The notes under the pieces are model-generated. The model saw only the letters and a list, made by a program, of their open reading frames with translations. It was not told the origin of the DNA and did no database searches. DNA of 64,000 bases from an uncultured Gemmatimonadales bacterium (GTDB lineage Bacteria; Gemmatimonadota; Gemmatimonadetes; Longimicrobiales; RSA9). The translations under genes and the position numbers were made by a program. The stretch is taken from the NCBI GenBank assembly GCA_963783305.1, contig CAWAMW010000002.1, positions 891,209 through 955,208 on the forward strand, read 5' to 3'. Below, piece by piece: positions 48,650 through 59,156 of this stretch (position 1 is its first letter; every line of letters begins with the position of its first letter).

Positions 48650-49835
48650 ATTTCCGCTGAACAACCTCCAGCATCAGGTCGTTCAGCCGACGGATGTCGT
48701 AGTTCTCCGCGACGAAGGTCCGGCCCTCGTCCGTATACGCTTCCCACCGCTCCGGCGGCAGGGCGCTGGCCCGCTGGATCGCGTCGGCGAGCGCCTCCGG
48801 GTCGGCGGGCGGGACCTGGAAGTCGTGCATGCCCGGCGGGATGGACTCGGGCACACCGCCCGTGGTGGTGGTAACGGCCAGGCAGCGCATGAGCAGCGCC
48901 TCCTGCACCGCGGCGGCCTGGTTCTCCGCCCAGTTGCCGATATGCAGGCTCGGCAGGAGCAGGATATCGGAGGCGCCCATGAGCCCGGTGAGGGCCTCGG
49001 TGGTCACGGTGCCGGCAAAGGTCACGCGGTCGCCCAGTCCGAGGCGGTCGACGAGCGCCTCCAGGCGGGCCCGGTAGGGATTGGCCCCTCCGGTGAGCGT
49101 GTAGTGGAAGTCCTCCATCCCCCGGTCCCGGAGGATCCCGAGCGCCTCCAGGGCGTGGTGGAACCCCTTCTCCTCGCTCATCCGGCCGGCGGACAGCAGC
49201 GAGAGCGTGGAGCCGGGGTGCCGCCACCCGGGGTCCGGGAAGCTCTCCAGGTCGAAGCCCACGGGCATGAGGGTGATCCGTTCGGGAGGGCAGCCCCGGT
49301 CGATGGCGTGCCGCGCCGAGAACCGGGTGTTGGTGAACACGTGGTCCACGCCCCGGAAGACCACCGCCGCCCGCTCGTCGGCCAGCGGAGGCATGTGCGG
49401 CAGCTCACCGCCATGATAGTAGAGCCCGATCGGGACGTCCGGCAGGACGCGCTTCGCGTGGACGAAGAGCAGGCCGGCGTGGATGCCGTGGATGAGCACC
49501 ACGTCGGGATCCGTGGCCTTCAGCGTGGCGAGGCAGGAGCGCACCACCAGGTCGCGCTTCAGCGGACGGGTACGCGGCATCCGGAACCAGTCGCCGGTCG
49601 CCACGGCCCGCAGGGCGGTCCCGGCGGTCCTGCCCAGTGTGCGGAGGGTACGAGGATAGTAGGTTGTCCTGTCCTGCAGCTTCCACTGGAGGACCTTGGC
49701 GCTGAGCGCGTTATCGAACCGGCCGCCGGCGAGGATTCGAACGTCGTGTCCCCGGCTCAGCAGGTCCGCGAACTGGGTGTCGAAATAGGTCTTGAAGGTG
49801 GCCGGGTAGTGCTCGGTGACCGCTACGATCCTCAT
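48648..49835 (-). CDS. Glycosyltransferase family 4 (WcaL-like)
   Basis: SAGRMSEEKG, LLPS...EN...QEALL, GGVPE. Confidence 0.88.
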   Translation of the reverse strand: MRIVAVTEHYPATFKTYFDTQFADLLSRGHDVRILAGGRFDNALSAKVLQWKLQDRTTYYPRTLRTLGRTAGTALRAVATGDWFRMPRTRPLKRDLVVRSCLATLKATDPDVVLIHGIHAGLLFVHAKRVLPDVPIGLYYHGGELPHMPPLADERAAVVFRGVDHVFTNTRFSARHAIDRGCPPERITLMPVGFDLESFPDPGWRHPGSTLSLLSAGRMSEEKGFHHALEALGILRDRGMEDFHYTLTGGANPYRARLEALVDRLGLGDRVTFAGTVTTEALTGLMGASDILLLPSLHIGNWAENQAAAVQEALLMRCLAVTTTTGGVPESIPPGMHDFQVPPADPEALADAIQRASALPPERWEAYTDEGRTFVAENYDIRRLNDLMLEVVQRK

Positions 49836-49858
49836 CTATGGATACCGACTGGAATCGA

Positions 49859-51011
49859 ATGCGACCGGGCTTCCTCGTTGCGCTCCATACTCCCTCCAAT
49901 ACCGGGTATGCCATCGCCCCACTGGAGCGTGTGTTCCATCAGGTGGCGGGGAAACTCACGGAATCCGCCGATGACGTCCATTTCGCCTACAAGCACCTGG
50001 AGCGGGGCGCGCCCGACACGCTGCCTTCCGACTTCGGCAACATCATCGCCTGCGACCTCCGCGACCGGGCCCCGGAGACCGCCGCCCGCCTCGAAAGCTA
50101 TGTCCGCACCCACGGGATCTCGACAGTGCTCGCCTTCGACGCTCCGGTCCAGCTCCCGACGTTCCGGGCGCTGCGCCAGGGGGGGGTGACCACGCTCGTC
50201 TCCTACCAGGGCGCGCCCATGAGCTCCCTCAACCGCGGTCCGCGCCTCTGGCTGAAGCAGCTGGACGTGCGTCTCCGCCGCAATGGACCCGACCACTATA
50301 TCTTCGAGTCGGAGGCGATGCGAGAGACGGCCGTCCGCGGACGCGGCATCCCGGCCCGGCATACGTCCGTGGTGCCGCTGGGTGTGGACACGGATCGCTA
50401 CCGCCCTCGCGGGTGACCAGTACGCCCAAGACGCGTTCGCCATACCGGCCGACCGCCGGATCATCGTCTACTCGGGGCACATGGAGCCGCGCAAGGGGGT
50501 GCACGTGATCGTGAAGGCGGTCGTGGAGCTCGCGGAGCGACGCGGCCGGACCGACGTCCACTTCCTCCTGTTCGGCAACAGGAACGGGGAGGAGAAGCGC
50601 TTCCTCCCTCTGTACGAGGGGACGCGGGCGGAGGGGCATCTGACCTTCGGCGGCTACCGCGACGACCTGCCGCGGGTCTTCGGCTCCGCCGACATCGGCT
50701 GCATCGCGTCCACCGGCTGGGACTCCTTCACCATGTCCTCGGTGGAGATGGCCGCCTCGGGCCTGCCCCTGGTCGTCTCGTCGCTTCAGGGGCTGCGCGA
50801 GACCATCGAGGAGGGGAGGACCGGCGTGAGCTTCCCGCCGGGCGACCACGTGGCGCTCGCGGATCGCCTGGAGGCGCTGCTGGACGACGCGCCGCTCCGC
50901 CGCCGGATGGGCGCGGCCGCCCGGGAGCGCATGGCCGCCGGCCACACGGTGGCGCGGCAGGTGGAGAGCATCGCGGACACCATCCGCGCGGTCCGGGAGC
51001 GGGCGCGATGA
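49859..51011 (+). pseudogene. Glycosyltransferase family 4, frameshifted near 50405 (pseudogene or sequencing error)
   Basis: The N-half ends ...PLGVDTDRYRPRG* (50416). The C-half, in the +1 frame, carries YSGHMEPRKG and DSFTMSSVEMAASGLP. Together they form one GT-B enzyme. Confidence 0.75.
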
Positions 51012-51901
51012 ACCCGCGCCAGCTCGCGAAAGCGTCGCTGGAAGGCGCCCTCACGGTGACGGGCGTCGCCGCCGCCGCCCGGAAGCTGCGCCGCGACCAC
51101 GTGGCGATCCTCGCCTATCACAACGTCGTCCCGGACCACGAGGCGGGCCCCGGCGACGCGAGTCTGCACCTGCCGCTGTCCCGTTTTCTCGCCCAGCTCG
51201 ACGCGCTGCAGGAGACCCACGACTTCGTCGACCTGCCCACCGCCATCGCGGGAGGGGGTGACCGCATCCGCGCGACGGTGACGTTCGACGACGCCTACCG
51301 TGGCGCCGTCCGCCTCGCCCTCCCGGAGCTCCGCAAGCGGGGGATCCCCGCCACGGTGTTCGTCTGCCCGGGTCTGCTCGACGAGCCCGGCCTCTGGTGG
51401 GACGAGACCGCGGAGGCCGGCCGCCTCACGCCTGACGCGCGGGCGCGCGCGATGTACGAGCACCGCGGGGAGCTGGACGCGGTGCGCCAGTGGGCCTTCG
51501 GACGGGAACGGCCGCCGACGCTCCCCGACACCTTCGGCGTCGCGTCGGAGGCGGAGCTCCTGGACCAGGTGCGGGACGGGATCGCCGTGGGCGGGCACGC
51601 CTGGGCCCACGCGTGTCTTCCGGCGCTCGCGACCGACGTCCTGCGCGCGGACCTCGACCGGACGCTGGAGTGGCTGAGGTCCTACCCCGGTCCGACCGTG
51701 CCCTGGCTGGCGCTGCCCTACGGCGAGGGCACCCCTGATGTGGCGGCCGCGGCGCTGGACGTCGGCTACGAGGGGGTCCTCGAGATCCGGGGCGGCCTGT
51801 GCGGCTTCCCGCCGGACCCTGCGGCGATCCCCCGTATCAACGTGCCGGCGGGATTGTCCAGCCGGGGGCTGGTGCTCCGGGCCAGCGGCGTGTGGAAGTG
51901 A
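51008..51901 (+). CDS. Polysaccharide deacetylase
   Basis: ILAYHNV, VTFDDAY, PATVFV, GGHAWAH, ALPYG. Confidence 0.88.
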   Translation: MNPRQLAKASLEGALTVTGVAAAARKLRRDHVAILAYHNVVPDHEAGPGDASLHLPLSRFLAQLDALQETHDFVDLPTAIAGGGDRIRATVTFDDAYRGAVRLALPELRKRGIPATVFVCPGLLDEPGLWWDETAEAGRLTPDARARAMYEHRGELDAVRQWAFGRERPPTLPDTFGVASEAELLDQVRDGIAVGGHAWAHACLPALATDVLRADLDRTLEWLRSYPGPTVPWLALPYGEGTPDVAAAALDVGYEGVLEIRGGLCGFPPDPAAIPRINVPAGLSSRGLVLRASGVWK

Positions 51902-53067
51902 AGCCGGTGGTGCTGGTGACCGACGGCGAGCAGCGGGCGGCCCTCGCCACGGTCCGCTCACTGGGCCGTGCGGGGTACCGCTGCATCGTCACCAGCGCCA
52001 GCGGCCGGTCGCTGGCCGGGGCGTCTCGCCACAGCCACCGGGAGGAGCGGGTACCCGACCCGGCGAGCACGCCCGGGGAGCACGCGAACGCGGTCGCGGA
52101 GCTGGTGGCGGCGGAGGGAGTGGGGCTGGTGATCCCGATCTCGGAGCCGTCGATCCTCTCGCTGCTGCCGGCGCGCGACCGGATCGCCGCCGCCATTCCG
52201 TTCCCGGCCCTCGCCACCTTCCAGGCCATCTGCGACAAGGGCCGCGTGCTGCGGGAGGCCGTCGAAGTGGGGATCCGGGTGCCGGGGCAGGTGGAGGTGC
52301 GCTCGGCGGAAGAGGGTCGGGACATCGGCCTGGACCTCCCGCTCGTCCTCAAGCCCGGCCGCTCCGTCTACACCGCGCCGGACGGGACCCGGGCCAAGGT
52401 GGGGGTGCGCTGGGCACGGAGCGTGGCGGAGCTCCGGGCGGCGCTGGAAGCGTATCCGGCCGCCGCGTACCCGATCCTGATCCAGGAGGCCATCGAGGGG
52501 CCGGGGGTGGGCGTCTTCGTGCTCCTCCACGAGGGGCGCCTGGTGGCCCGCTTCTCCCACCGCAGGCTGCGGGAGAAGCCGCCCAGCGGCGGCGTGAGCG
52601 TGCTGCGCCAGAGCGAGCCCATGGACCCGGCACTGCTCGACCGCAGCCTGGCGCTCCTGGAGCGCTTCGCGTGGTCGGGCGTGGCCATGGTGGAGTACAA
52701 GGTCGACATGAGGACGGGGAAGCCGTACCTCATGGAGATCAACGGCCGGCTCTGGGGCTCGCTCCAGCTGGCCATCGACGCCGGCGTCGACTTCCCGCGC
52801 CTGCTGGCGGCCGTTAGCTTCGGGGATGCTGTCGAGCCGGTGGATTCGTACCGGTTCGCCCGCAGCCGCTGGTTCTGGGGTGACGTGGACCACGTGGCCA
52901 GCGTCTGGCGGGACGGGACCGCGAGCTGGAGCGACCGGCTCGGCTCGCTCGGCGGCTGGCTCCGATCGTTCGGACCCGGCCACCGGAGCGAGGTCTTCCG
53001 CTCGACAGACCCCCGACCTTTCGCGCGCGAGACCCTGCACTGGCTCCAGGACGTAACCCACCGTTGA
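51898..53067 (+). CDS. ATP-grasp domain protein (polysaccharide-modifying ligase)
   Basis: PLVLKP, LIQEAIEG, AMVEYK, LMEINGRLWGS. Confidence 0.85.
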   Translation: MKPVVLVTDGEQRAALATVRSLGRAGYRCIVTSASGRSLAGASRHSHREERVPDPASTPGEHANAVAELVAAEGVGLVIPISEPSILSLLPARDRIAAAIPFPALATFQAICDKGRVLREAVEVGIRVPGQVEVRSAEEGRDIGLDLPLVLKPGRSVYTAPDGTRAKVGVRWARSVAELRAALEAYPAAAYPILIQEAIEGPGVGVFVLLHEGRLVARFSHRRLREKPPSGGVSVLRQSEPMDPALLDRSLALLERFAWSGVAMVEYKVDMRTGKPYLMEINGRLWGSLQLAIDAGVDFPRLLAAVSFGDAVEPVDSYRFARSRWFWGDVDHVASVWRDGTASWSDRLGSLGGWLRSFGPGHRSEVFRSTDPRPFARETLHWLQDVTHR

Positions 53068-53069
53068 GC

Positions 53070-54404
53070 ATGGCATCCATCTCACAGACGCGGCGCGGCC
53101 AGAGCGTCCCGGCAATGTTCCGGGCGCGTCCACGGGCGATCTGGAGATTCCTCCGGACACAGCCCGCTTCCTTCTGGCTGGTGAACCTGTATCTCCTCAT
53201 CGAATACGTGCGTCCGCAGACCATCTGGACGTGGATCGACGTCATTCCGTGGGGGCAGACGACGCTGATCCTGGCGACGATCGCGTTCTTCATGGAGGGC
53301 AAGATGTTCCGGCTGCGCACCGCCGCCGGTCCGCTCCTCATGGTGTTTTCCGCGATCGTGGCGCTGTCGTCGCTCACCGCCTTCGATCCCGGCTACGCCA
53401 TCGCCAACTGGGAGCTGTTCTACTCCTGGGTCCTCATCTACCTCCTGATCACCAACACCGTCACCACCGAGAAGCGCTTCTACGTCTTCCTCCTGGCCTT
53501 TCTGCTGTACTCGTTCAAGATGTCGCTGCACGGCTTCAGGACATGGGCAACGAGAGGGTTCGGGTTCGCAGGCTGGGGACTTGCCGGTCCAGGGGGCTGG
53601 TTTCAGAATTCCGGCGAGCTGGCTATCCAAATGTGCGTCTTCCTGCCGCTCGCGGTGGAGTTCGCCCTCGCCATGAGACCGCACATGGGAAAGTGGACGC
53701 GGTGGCTGTTCTACTTCGTCCCAGTTACAGCTGTCGCTACCATCGTCGGGTCCTCCGCGCGCGGCGGCCTCGTGGGCGCTGCCGCCGTGGGCATCTGGTG
53801 GGTGGCGCGGTCCAAGCACAGGGTCCGCGGGCTCCTTGCCGTCCTGGTGGTAGGCGCGGCCACGTGGGCGGTGGTGCCACCGGAGCAGAAGGCGCGCTTC
53901 GATACGGCGGGTGAGGACCGGACATCGACCAACAGGACCGACAGGTGGAAGGCGGGGATCGAGATCGCCAACGACCACCCGATCCTGGGGATCGGGTACA
54001 AGAACTGGATCGTCTACTACGGTCCCCTCTCCCACAACATCTTCATCGAGGCGTGGTCTGAGCTGGGGTACACCGGTCTCTTCGCCTTCCTGGCTCTCAT
54101 CGGCGCCACCTTCCGAGTGAACTACCAGACGCGACGATTACTCCGGCGTGTGCCCACGTCCACACCTTTCATGACCCATATGGCATACGGACTCGATGGC
54201 GCCCTCATCGGGTATATCGGCAGTGGATTCTTCGTGACCGTTCTGTATTACCCGTTCTTCTGGATCAACCTGGCCATGACCGTCTCACTCCACACCGCGG
54301 TGCGACATGAGCGCAGGCGCCTCCTCGCCCAGGCGCAGCCTGTGGCCGCGCCACGCCCAGGTCGGGTCGGGGGCTACACTCCAAACCCGGCACCAACCCG
54401 ATGA
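53070..54404 (+). CDS. O-antigen ligase / O-glycosylation ligase or polymerase family membrane protein
   Basis: Multi-TM, SSARGG, R..RWKAGI...HPILGIG, SHNIFIEAWSELGYTG. Confidence 0.85.
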   Translation: MASISQTRRGQSVPAMFRARPRAIWRFLRTQPASFWLVNLYLLIEYVRPQTIWTWIDVIPWGQTTLILATIAFFMEGKMFRLRTAAGPLLMVFSAIVALSSLTAFDPGYAIANWELFYSWVLIYLLITNTVTTEKRFYVFLLAFLLYSFKMSLHGFRTWATRGFGFAGWGLAGPGGWFQNSGELAIQMCVFLPLAVEFALAMRPHMGKWTRWLFYFVPVTAVATIVGSSARGGLVGAAAVGIWWVARSKHRVRGLLAVLVVGAATWAVVPPEQKARFDTAGEDRTSTNRTDRWKAGIEIANDHPILGIGYKNWIVYYGPLSHNIFIEAWSELGYTGLFAFLALIGATFRVNYQTRRLLRRVPTSTPFMTHMAYGLDGALIGYIGSGFFVTVLYYPFFWINLAMTVSLHTAVRHERRRLLAQAQPVAAPRPGRVGGYTPNPAPTR

Positions 54405-55528
54405 GCTCTGAGCGCCCTACCGTCCTGCACTTCATCGACACCACGGGCCCGGGTGGGGCGGAGACCGTCTTCCTCCAGCTCGCGGCGGGGCTGAGGGATC
54501 GGGGCTGGCCGCCGCGTACGGTGCTGACGGGGCCGGGGTGGGTCCTGGACGCCGTTCGAGAGCTCGAGCTGCCCGTGGACGTGGTGGAGACGCGCGGCCG
54601 CTTCGATACCGCCTACATCCGGGCCCTCCACCGCCTGGTGCGAGAGCACCGGGTGGGTCTGATCCACGCCCACCTGTTCAGCCCGGCGGTCTACGCCAGC
54701 CTGGTGGGGGCGCTGGCCCGTGTGCCGGTGGTGGCCACCTTCCACGGGGCTTCCGACGCGTCGTGCGATGGGCTGGGGCGGCGCCTCCGCTATCGCCTGA
54801 TCGACCGCAACGCCCGGGTCGTATGCGTCTCGGAGCCGTTGAAGGCGCTCCTGCAGTCGCTCGCCCCGGTCCGAGCGGAGCGTCTCGACGTGATCCCCAA
54901 CGGCGTCGACATCCGCGCTTTCGCCACCGGAGACGGTCGATCGGTGCGTGAGGAGCATGGCGTCGGCGACCAGGACATCCTCGTCGGGGCTCTGGGCAAC
55001 GTGAGGGCGGCCAAGGACTTCCACACGCTCCTGCGCGCGGCGGCGGAGCTCCAGGACGACCGCCGGCTTCACTTCGCCATCGTGGGCGAGCGTACCGAGC
55101 CGCTTCACGGCCAGCTGGTGGAGCTCCGGGATCGGCTGGGTCTGAGCGATCGCCTCTCGTTCTGGGGCTTCCGGAGCGACGTGCCGGACGTGATGGCAGC
55201 GTTCGACATCCTTGCCATCAGCTCCAGCTCCGAGGGATTCTCCCTCGCCGCCATCCAGGCCATGGCGGCCGGTACGCCGGTGGTCGCTACACGGTCCGGT
55301 GGACCGGAGCAGATCATGACCGACGGCGTGGATGGGCTTCTCGTGCCCACAAGGTCTCCTGTCGATCTGGCCGCTGCGATCCGTCGCCTCGTCGCTGAGC
55401 CCGCGCTCGGAACCCACCTCGCGAATGCGGCGCGCACGACTGCCCGGGAGCGGTTCTCCCTCTCCGCCATGCTGGATGGCTACCACGAGCTCTATCTGGA
55501 GTTGGTCGATCCGGCCATGGCCTCGTAG
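54401..55528 (+). CDS. Glycosyltransferase family 4
   Basis: GPGGAE, VIPNGVD, SSSEGFSLAAIQAMAAG. Confidence 0.9.
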   Translation: MSSERPTVLHFIDTTGPGGAETVFLQLAAGLRDRGWPPRTVLTGPGWVLDAVRELELPVDVVETRGRFDTAYIRALHRLVREHRVGLIHAHLFSPAVYASLVGALARVPVVATFHGASDASCDGLGRRLRYRLIDRNARVVCVSEPLKALLQSLAPVRAERLDVIPNGVDIRAFATGDGRSVREEHGVGDQDILVGALGNVRAAKDFHTLLRAAAELQDDRRLHFAIVGERTEPLHGQLVELRDRLGLSDRLSFWGFRSDVPDVMAAFDILAISSSSEGFSLAAIQAMAAGTPVVATRSGGPEQIMTDGVDGLLVPTRSPVDLAAAIRRLVAEPALGTHLANAARTTARERFSLSAMLDGYHELYLELVDPAMAS

Positions 55529-56709
55529 ACAGCCTCCACTTCCCTGGCGTACCGGGTGGCGCCGTAGAACTCACGGGCTCTTGCGGCCGCCTTCTCCCCC
55601 ATGGCCGCCGCTCTGATGGCGTCCCCGAGGAGCGACAGGATGGCGTCGCTCAGCGCCCCGGCGTCTCTGGGGTCGACCAGGAGACCGGTTTCTCCCGGCT
55701 CGATGATCTCGGTGGGCCCTCCCGAATTCGCCGCCACCACCGGTGTTGCGGTGGCCATGGCCTCGATCACGGTCATGCCGAAGGGTTCCGGGATCAGGGA
55801 AGCGTGCACGACGACGTCGCAGAGGCGCATCAGCTCCCCGACATCCTCCCGGAAGCCGGTGAAGACCACTCTGTCGCCGATGGAGAGCTCTTTCACGAGG
55901 TCCTGCACTTCACGGAAGTACTCCTCGCCGCCATCGGAAGGATCACCCACGATCAACGCCCGCGCCTCCGGACGCTTCACCATGACCATGGCGACCGCTT
56001 CGACGAACTCCCGAATACCCTTCCATGGAATGATGCGGCCGAAGATCCCGACGATGGGAGCCTCCGCGGGGATCCCCAGGGTCTGGCGCAGCCGCGGATC
56101 CGCGTCTCCGGGCTCGAAAGCCCCCAGGTCGATGGCATCGTGGACCACCTTGAGCCGGGCGGGCTCCACTCCTGCCGCCCGGAGCCGGCGAGCCATGGTC
56201 TCGGAGACCGAGATCCACTGGTCCACCGCCCGGGCATAGAGGGCCGCCGCGCCGTCCGTCCTCTCAGGAGCGCGATAATGCCCCACCACCGGGATCCGGA
56301 GCAGCTTACCGGCAAGCAGGGCGGGCAGCATGCCCGTCACTCCGTTGTTCAGATGGATGACATCCACCTCGTTGCGCCGTGCGAACCGGAGGATGCGGAT
56401 GGCGGCGGGTACGTCGTTGACCAGGAGCCACCGGAGCGCTCCTGCCTTGCGCGCGATGCGCTGGATCGGCCCCGTCGCCGCGCCCCGACGAGGGGCGTGC
56501 CGCCCGTCGCGCTGGGCCCAGATCACCTTCATGGGCCAGTGATGGGCGGGGGTCCCGGGAAAGAGGCGGTCCAGGACAGTCTGCTCCTGCGCGCTCACCA
56601 CGATGGGATCGAAGCGATTGCGGTCCATGGTGGACAGGAGGTAGGCCAGCGCGTTGATCGCCCCTCCGAACGTAAAGCTGTTGTCCACGTACAGCACGGT
56701 TGTGACCAA
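55492..56709 (-). CDS. Glycosyltransferase family 4
   Basis: FGRIIPWKG, PEPFGMTVIEAMA. Confidence 0.9.
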   Translation of the reverse strand: MVTTVLYVDNSFTFGGAINALAYLLSTMDRNRFDPIVVSAQEQTVLDRLFPGTPAHHWPMKVIWAQRDGRHAPRRGAATGPIQRIARKAGALRWLLVNDVPAAIRILRFARRNEVDVIHLNNGVTGMLPALLAGKLLRIPVVGHYRAPERTDGAAALYARAVDQWISVSETMARRLRAAGVEPARLKVVHDAIDLGAFEPGDADPRLRQTLGIPAEAPIVGIFGRIIPWKGIREFVEAVAMVMVKRPEARALIVGDPSDGGEEYFREVQDLVKELSIGDRVVFTGFREDVGELMRLCDVVVHASLIPEPFGMTVIEAMATATPVVAANSGGPTEIIEPGETGLLVDPRDAGALSDAILSLLGDAIRAAAMGEKAAARAREFYGATRYAREVEAVYEAMAGSTNSR

Positions 56710-56970
56710 TCTTCCTACCCGGGTTGGAAGCCGCAGGACCGGCGAATACAGTGTGGGGGGCGAAAGCTACGGAACCCCACCTGTGGGGTAAAGACCGCGT
56801 ACCCGGTGGGCTTCCACCACCGAGCTGCGAGCGGCCGCACGGCAGCATATCGGGGCCGAGCGCTTTTTCTACCGCCATCCGAACTGCTATGTTACGCGTC
56901 GCTGGAGCCGCCACCACCAAACCGGCCGGAGCACCCGGCCGATCCCGTCATGCCGAGAGAGGAGCCATGA

Positions 56971-57939
56971 GTGCACCCTGAAGCGTCCGACGAACGCCCG
57001 TTCTTCCTGGTGGGGGCGAGCCGATCGGGAACCACGATGTTCCGCCTGATGCTGAATTCGCACTCGGCCCTGTCCATCCCCGGCGAGACCTGGTTCCTGT
57101 CCGACCTGATGGACCGACTGCCCCTCCAGGAGCCTCTTTCTCCGGCTCAGGTGGAAGAGGCCGTCTCGATCGTCCGCGGGCACTGGCGCTGGCGGGAATG
57201 GGGACTCGACAATGATCTCATGGCGGCCACCCTGCAGTCGCTGGACCGGCCACGGCTCGGGCGCCTCGTAGACGCGCTCTTCTCTCTCACGATCCCCGAT
57301 TCCCCCGGCGTGCAGTGGGGGGACAAGACGCCGGGGTACACCACGGAGATCGAGCGGCTGCACCAGGTCCTGCCGCGCGCCCGGTTCATTCACGTGATCC
57401 GGGACGGTCGCGACGTGTGCCTGTCGCTGAAGAAGACGGGCTGGCACGGCGAGGCGACGTGGACGATCGCCGAGTACTGGGGCAGCACCATAACTGCGGC
57501 CTGTCGCGCCGGCCGAGCTCTGCCGGCGGACCAGTACATGGAGGTTTCGTACGAGGAGCTGGTGCTGGACACCGAGACGGTGCTGCGCTCCGTGTGCCGG
57601 TTCCTGGAAGTGGACTTCGAGCCCGGAATGCTCTCCTTCCACGAGACGGCGGGCGAGAACATCCCCGGGCGCGCCGAGGCGCACCTGAAGAAGACCACTC
57701 GCCCGCCCCGGGAGTCGGACGTTCAGCGCTGGCGGCGCGAGCAGGCGAAAGCGCAGACCGTCATCTTCGAAGCCTTCGCCGGACCCGCCCTGGAGCTGGC
57801 GGGATACGAGCGAACCGCTCGGCATGGTCTCGGGGTCATTCGAGCCGGCCTCGGAGGCATTGAGCGCGCCGCCAGGGCATCGCTTCCGCTCCGGCGCCGC
57901 CTGGGGCTGCACCTCCCCGGCTGGCGCAAAGGGCTCTGA
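56971..57939 (+). CDS. Sulfotransferase
   Basis: VGASRSGTT PAPS-binding loop, WGDKTP, IRDGRDVCLS. Confidence 0.88.
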   Translation: MHPEASDERPFFLVGASRSGTTMFRLMLNSHSALSIPGETWFLSDLMDRLPLQEPLSPAQVEEAVSIVRGHWRWREWGLDNDLMAATLQSLDRPRLGRLVDALFSLTIPDSPGVQWGDKTPGYTTEIERLHQVLPRARFIHVIRDGRDVCLSLKKTGWHGEATWTIAEYWGSTITAACRAGRALPADQYMEVSYEELVLDTETVLRSVCRFLEVDFEPGMLSFHETAGENIPGRAEAHLKKTTRPPRESDVQRWRREQAKAQTVIFEAFAGPALELAGYERTARHGLGVIRAGLGGIERAARASLPLRRRLGLHLPGWRKGL

Positions 57940-57949
57940 TCCTGCTGGC

Positions 57950-59152
57950 ATGAAAGGAATCGTGAGGAAGGCCGCGAGTCGAATCCGCGCAGCGCTCATC
58001 CGGTGGGTGTTCCTGCTGTTCGAGCGAGTGCTTCCGGTGCGCGACGACTACTGGTGCTTCGCCACCTGGGACCGCCACCCCCACACGCTCGACAACCCCC
58101 GCGCCGTCTTCGAAGAGGTCAAGGACGATCCCGCGATCCGGAAGATCATTCTGCAGAAGGTGCCGGGGACGCTCGACCGCGATGGACGCAACATCAGGGT
58201 CGTGGCCGCGGAGTCGCTGGCGGGCGCGTACTACCTCGCCCGCTCGCGCGTGCTGCTGACCGGCTACGCTCTCCGGGGGGTGAGCAGCTTCAGCCGGTGG
58301 CTGCGGGCGTCGCGCCACCACGTCGTTCAGCTGTGGCACGGCATTCCGCTCAAGAGGATCGGTCACCTGTTCCCCGGCGAAACGATGTGGGACGATGAGA
58401 CGCCGAAGTACGCGGCCACCGTCTGCTCCGCCAGGCGCGACCGTGAGATCATGGCGCAGGCGTTCGCGCCGATCCCATTCGAGCAGGTATGGCTGACGGG
58501 GTTGCCACGGAACGATCTGATCCTCAAGGAAGAGAGCTCCCTCCCGACGGACTACCGTGAGCAGCTCGCGGATCTCGATCGACTGACGGGAGGAAAGCGC
58601 CTGGTCCTGTACGCCCCCACCTGGCGGGAGCAGACCGAATCGCTCTACGTGTTCTCGCCCGAGGAGGAGGCGGCGCTGGAGCAGGTGCTCGACAGGCACG
58701 GCGCGGTGCTGGCGATCCGGGGCCACGCCAACGTCCGGCGTAAAGAGGCCTACACGAAGGAGCGATCTTCACCGGCCATCGTGTCGGTGAACGATTTCCC
58801 GGAGGTGAACACGATCCTGCGGCGCACGGATGTCCTCATCACCGACTATTCCAGCATCTACATCGACTTCCTCGTCCTGAATCGACCGATTCTCCACTTC
58901 GCGTACGATCTGGACGCGTACGTCCGGGAACGAGGGTTCCTGTACGAGCTCGACGATGCGTTCGCGGGTGCTTGTGCCCGTGACTTCGACAGCCTTATGC
59001 TTCAGCTCGACCAGGCGCTCCAGGACCCGGACCACCACCAACCGCAGCGCGACCGGTCCGCGGCGCTCTTCCATGGCCACGACGACCGCCCGGCGGCAGC
59101 TGTCCGAAAACGCATTCACGACCTCAGCATCCCTGAACCCACTCGCCAGTGA
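57950..59152 (+). CDS. CDP-glycerol glycerophosphotransferase (TagB/TagF family)
   Basis: QLWHGIPLK, TGLPRND, LYAPTWR, LITDYSSIYIDF. Confidence 0.9.
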   Translation: MKGIVRKAASRIRAALIRWVFLLFERVLPVRDDYWCFATWDRHPHTLDNPRAVFEEVKDDPAIRKIILQKVPGTLDRDGRNIRVVAAESLAGAYYLARSRVLLTGYALRGVSSFSRWLRASRHHVVQLWHGIPLKRIGHLFPGETMWDDETPKYAATVCSARRDREIMAQAFAPIPFEQVWLTGLPRNDLILKEESSLPTDYREQLADLDRLTGGKRLVLYAPTWREQTESLYVFSPEEEAALEQVLDRHGAVLAIRGHANVRRKEAYTKERSSPAIVSVNDFPEVNTILRRTDVLITDYSSIYIDFLVLNRPILHFAYDLDAYVRERGFLYELDDAFAGACARDFDSLMLQLDQALQDPDHHQPQRDRSAALFHGHDDRPAAAVRKRIHDLSIPEPTRQ

Positions 59153-59156
59153 ATTC

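Noticed and set aside
56750..56820. Further copy of the palindrome or a structured RNA between GT4 and the sulfotransferase
   Set aside because: Only a half-site match (TGTGG-N8-CCGCG), with no partner at 21 bp and no downstream -12 box
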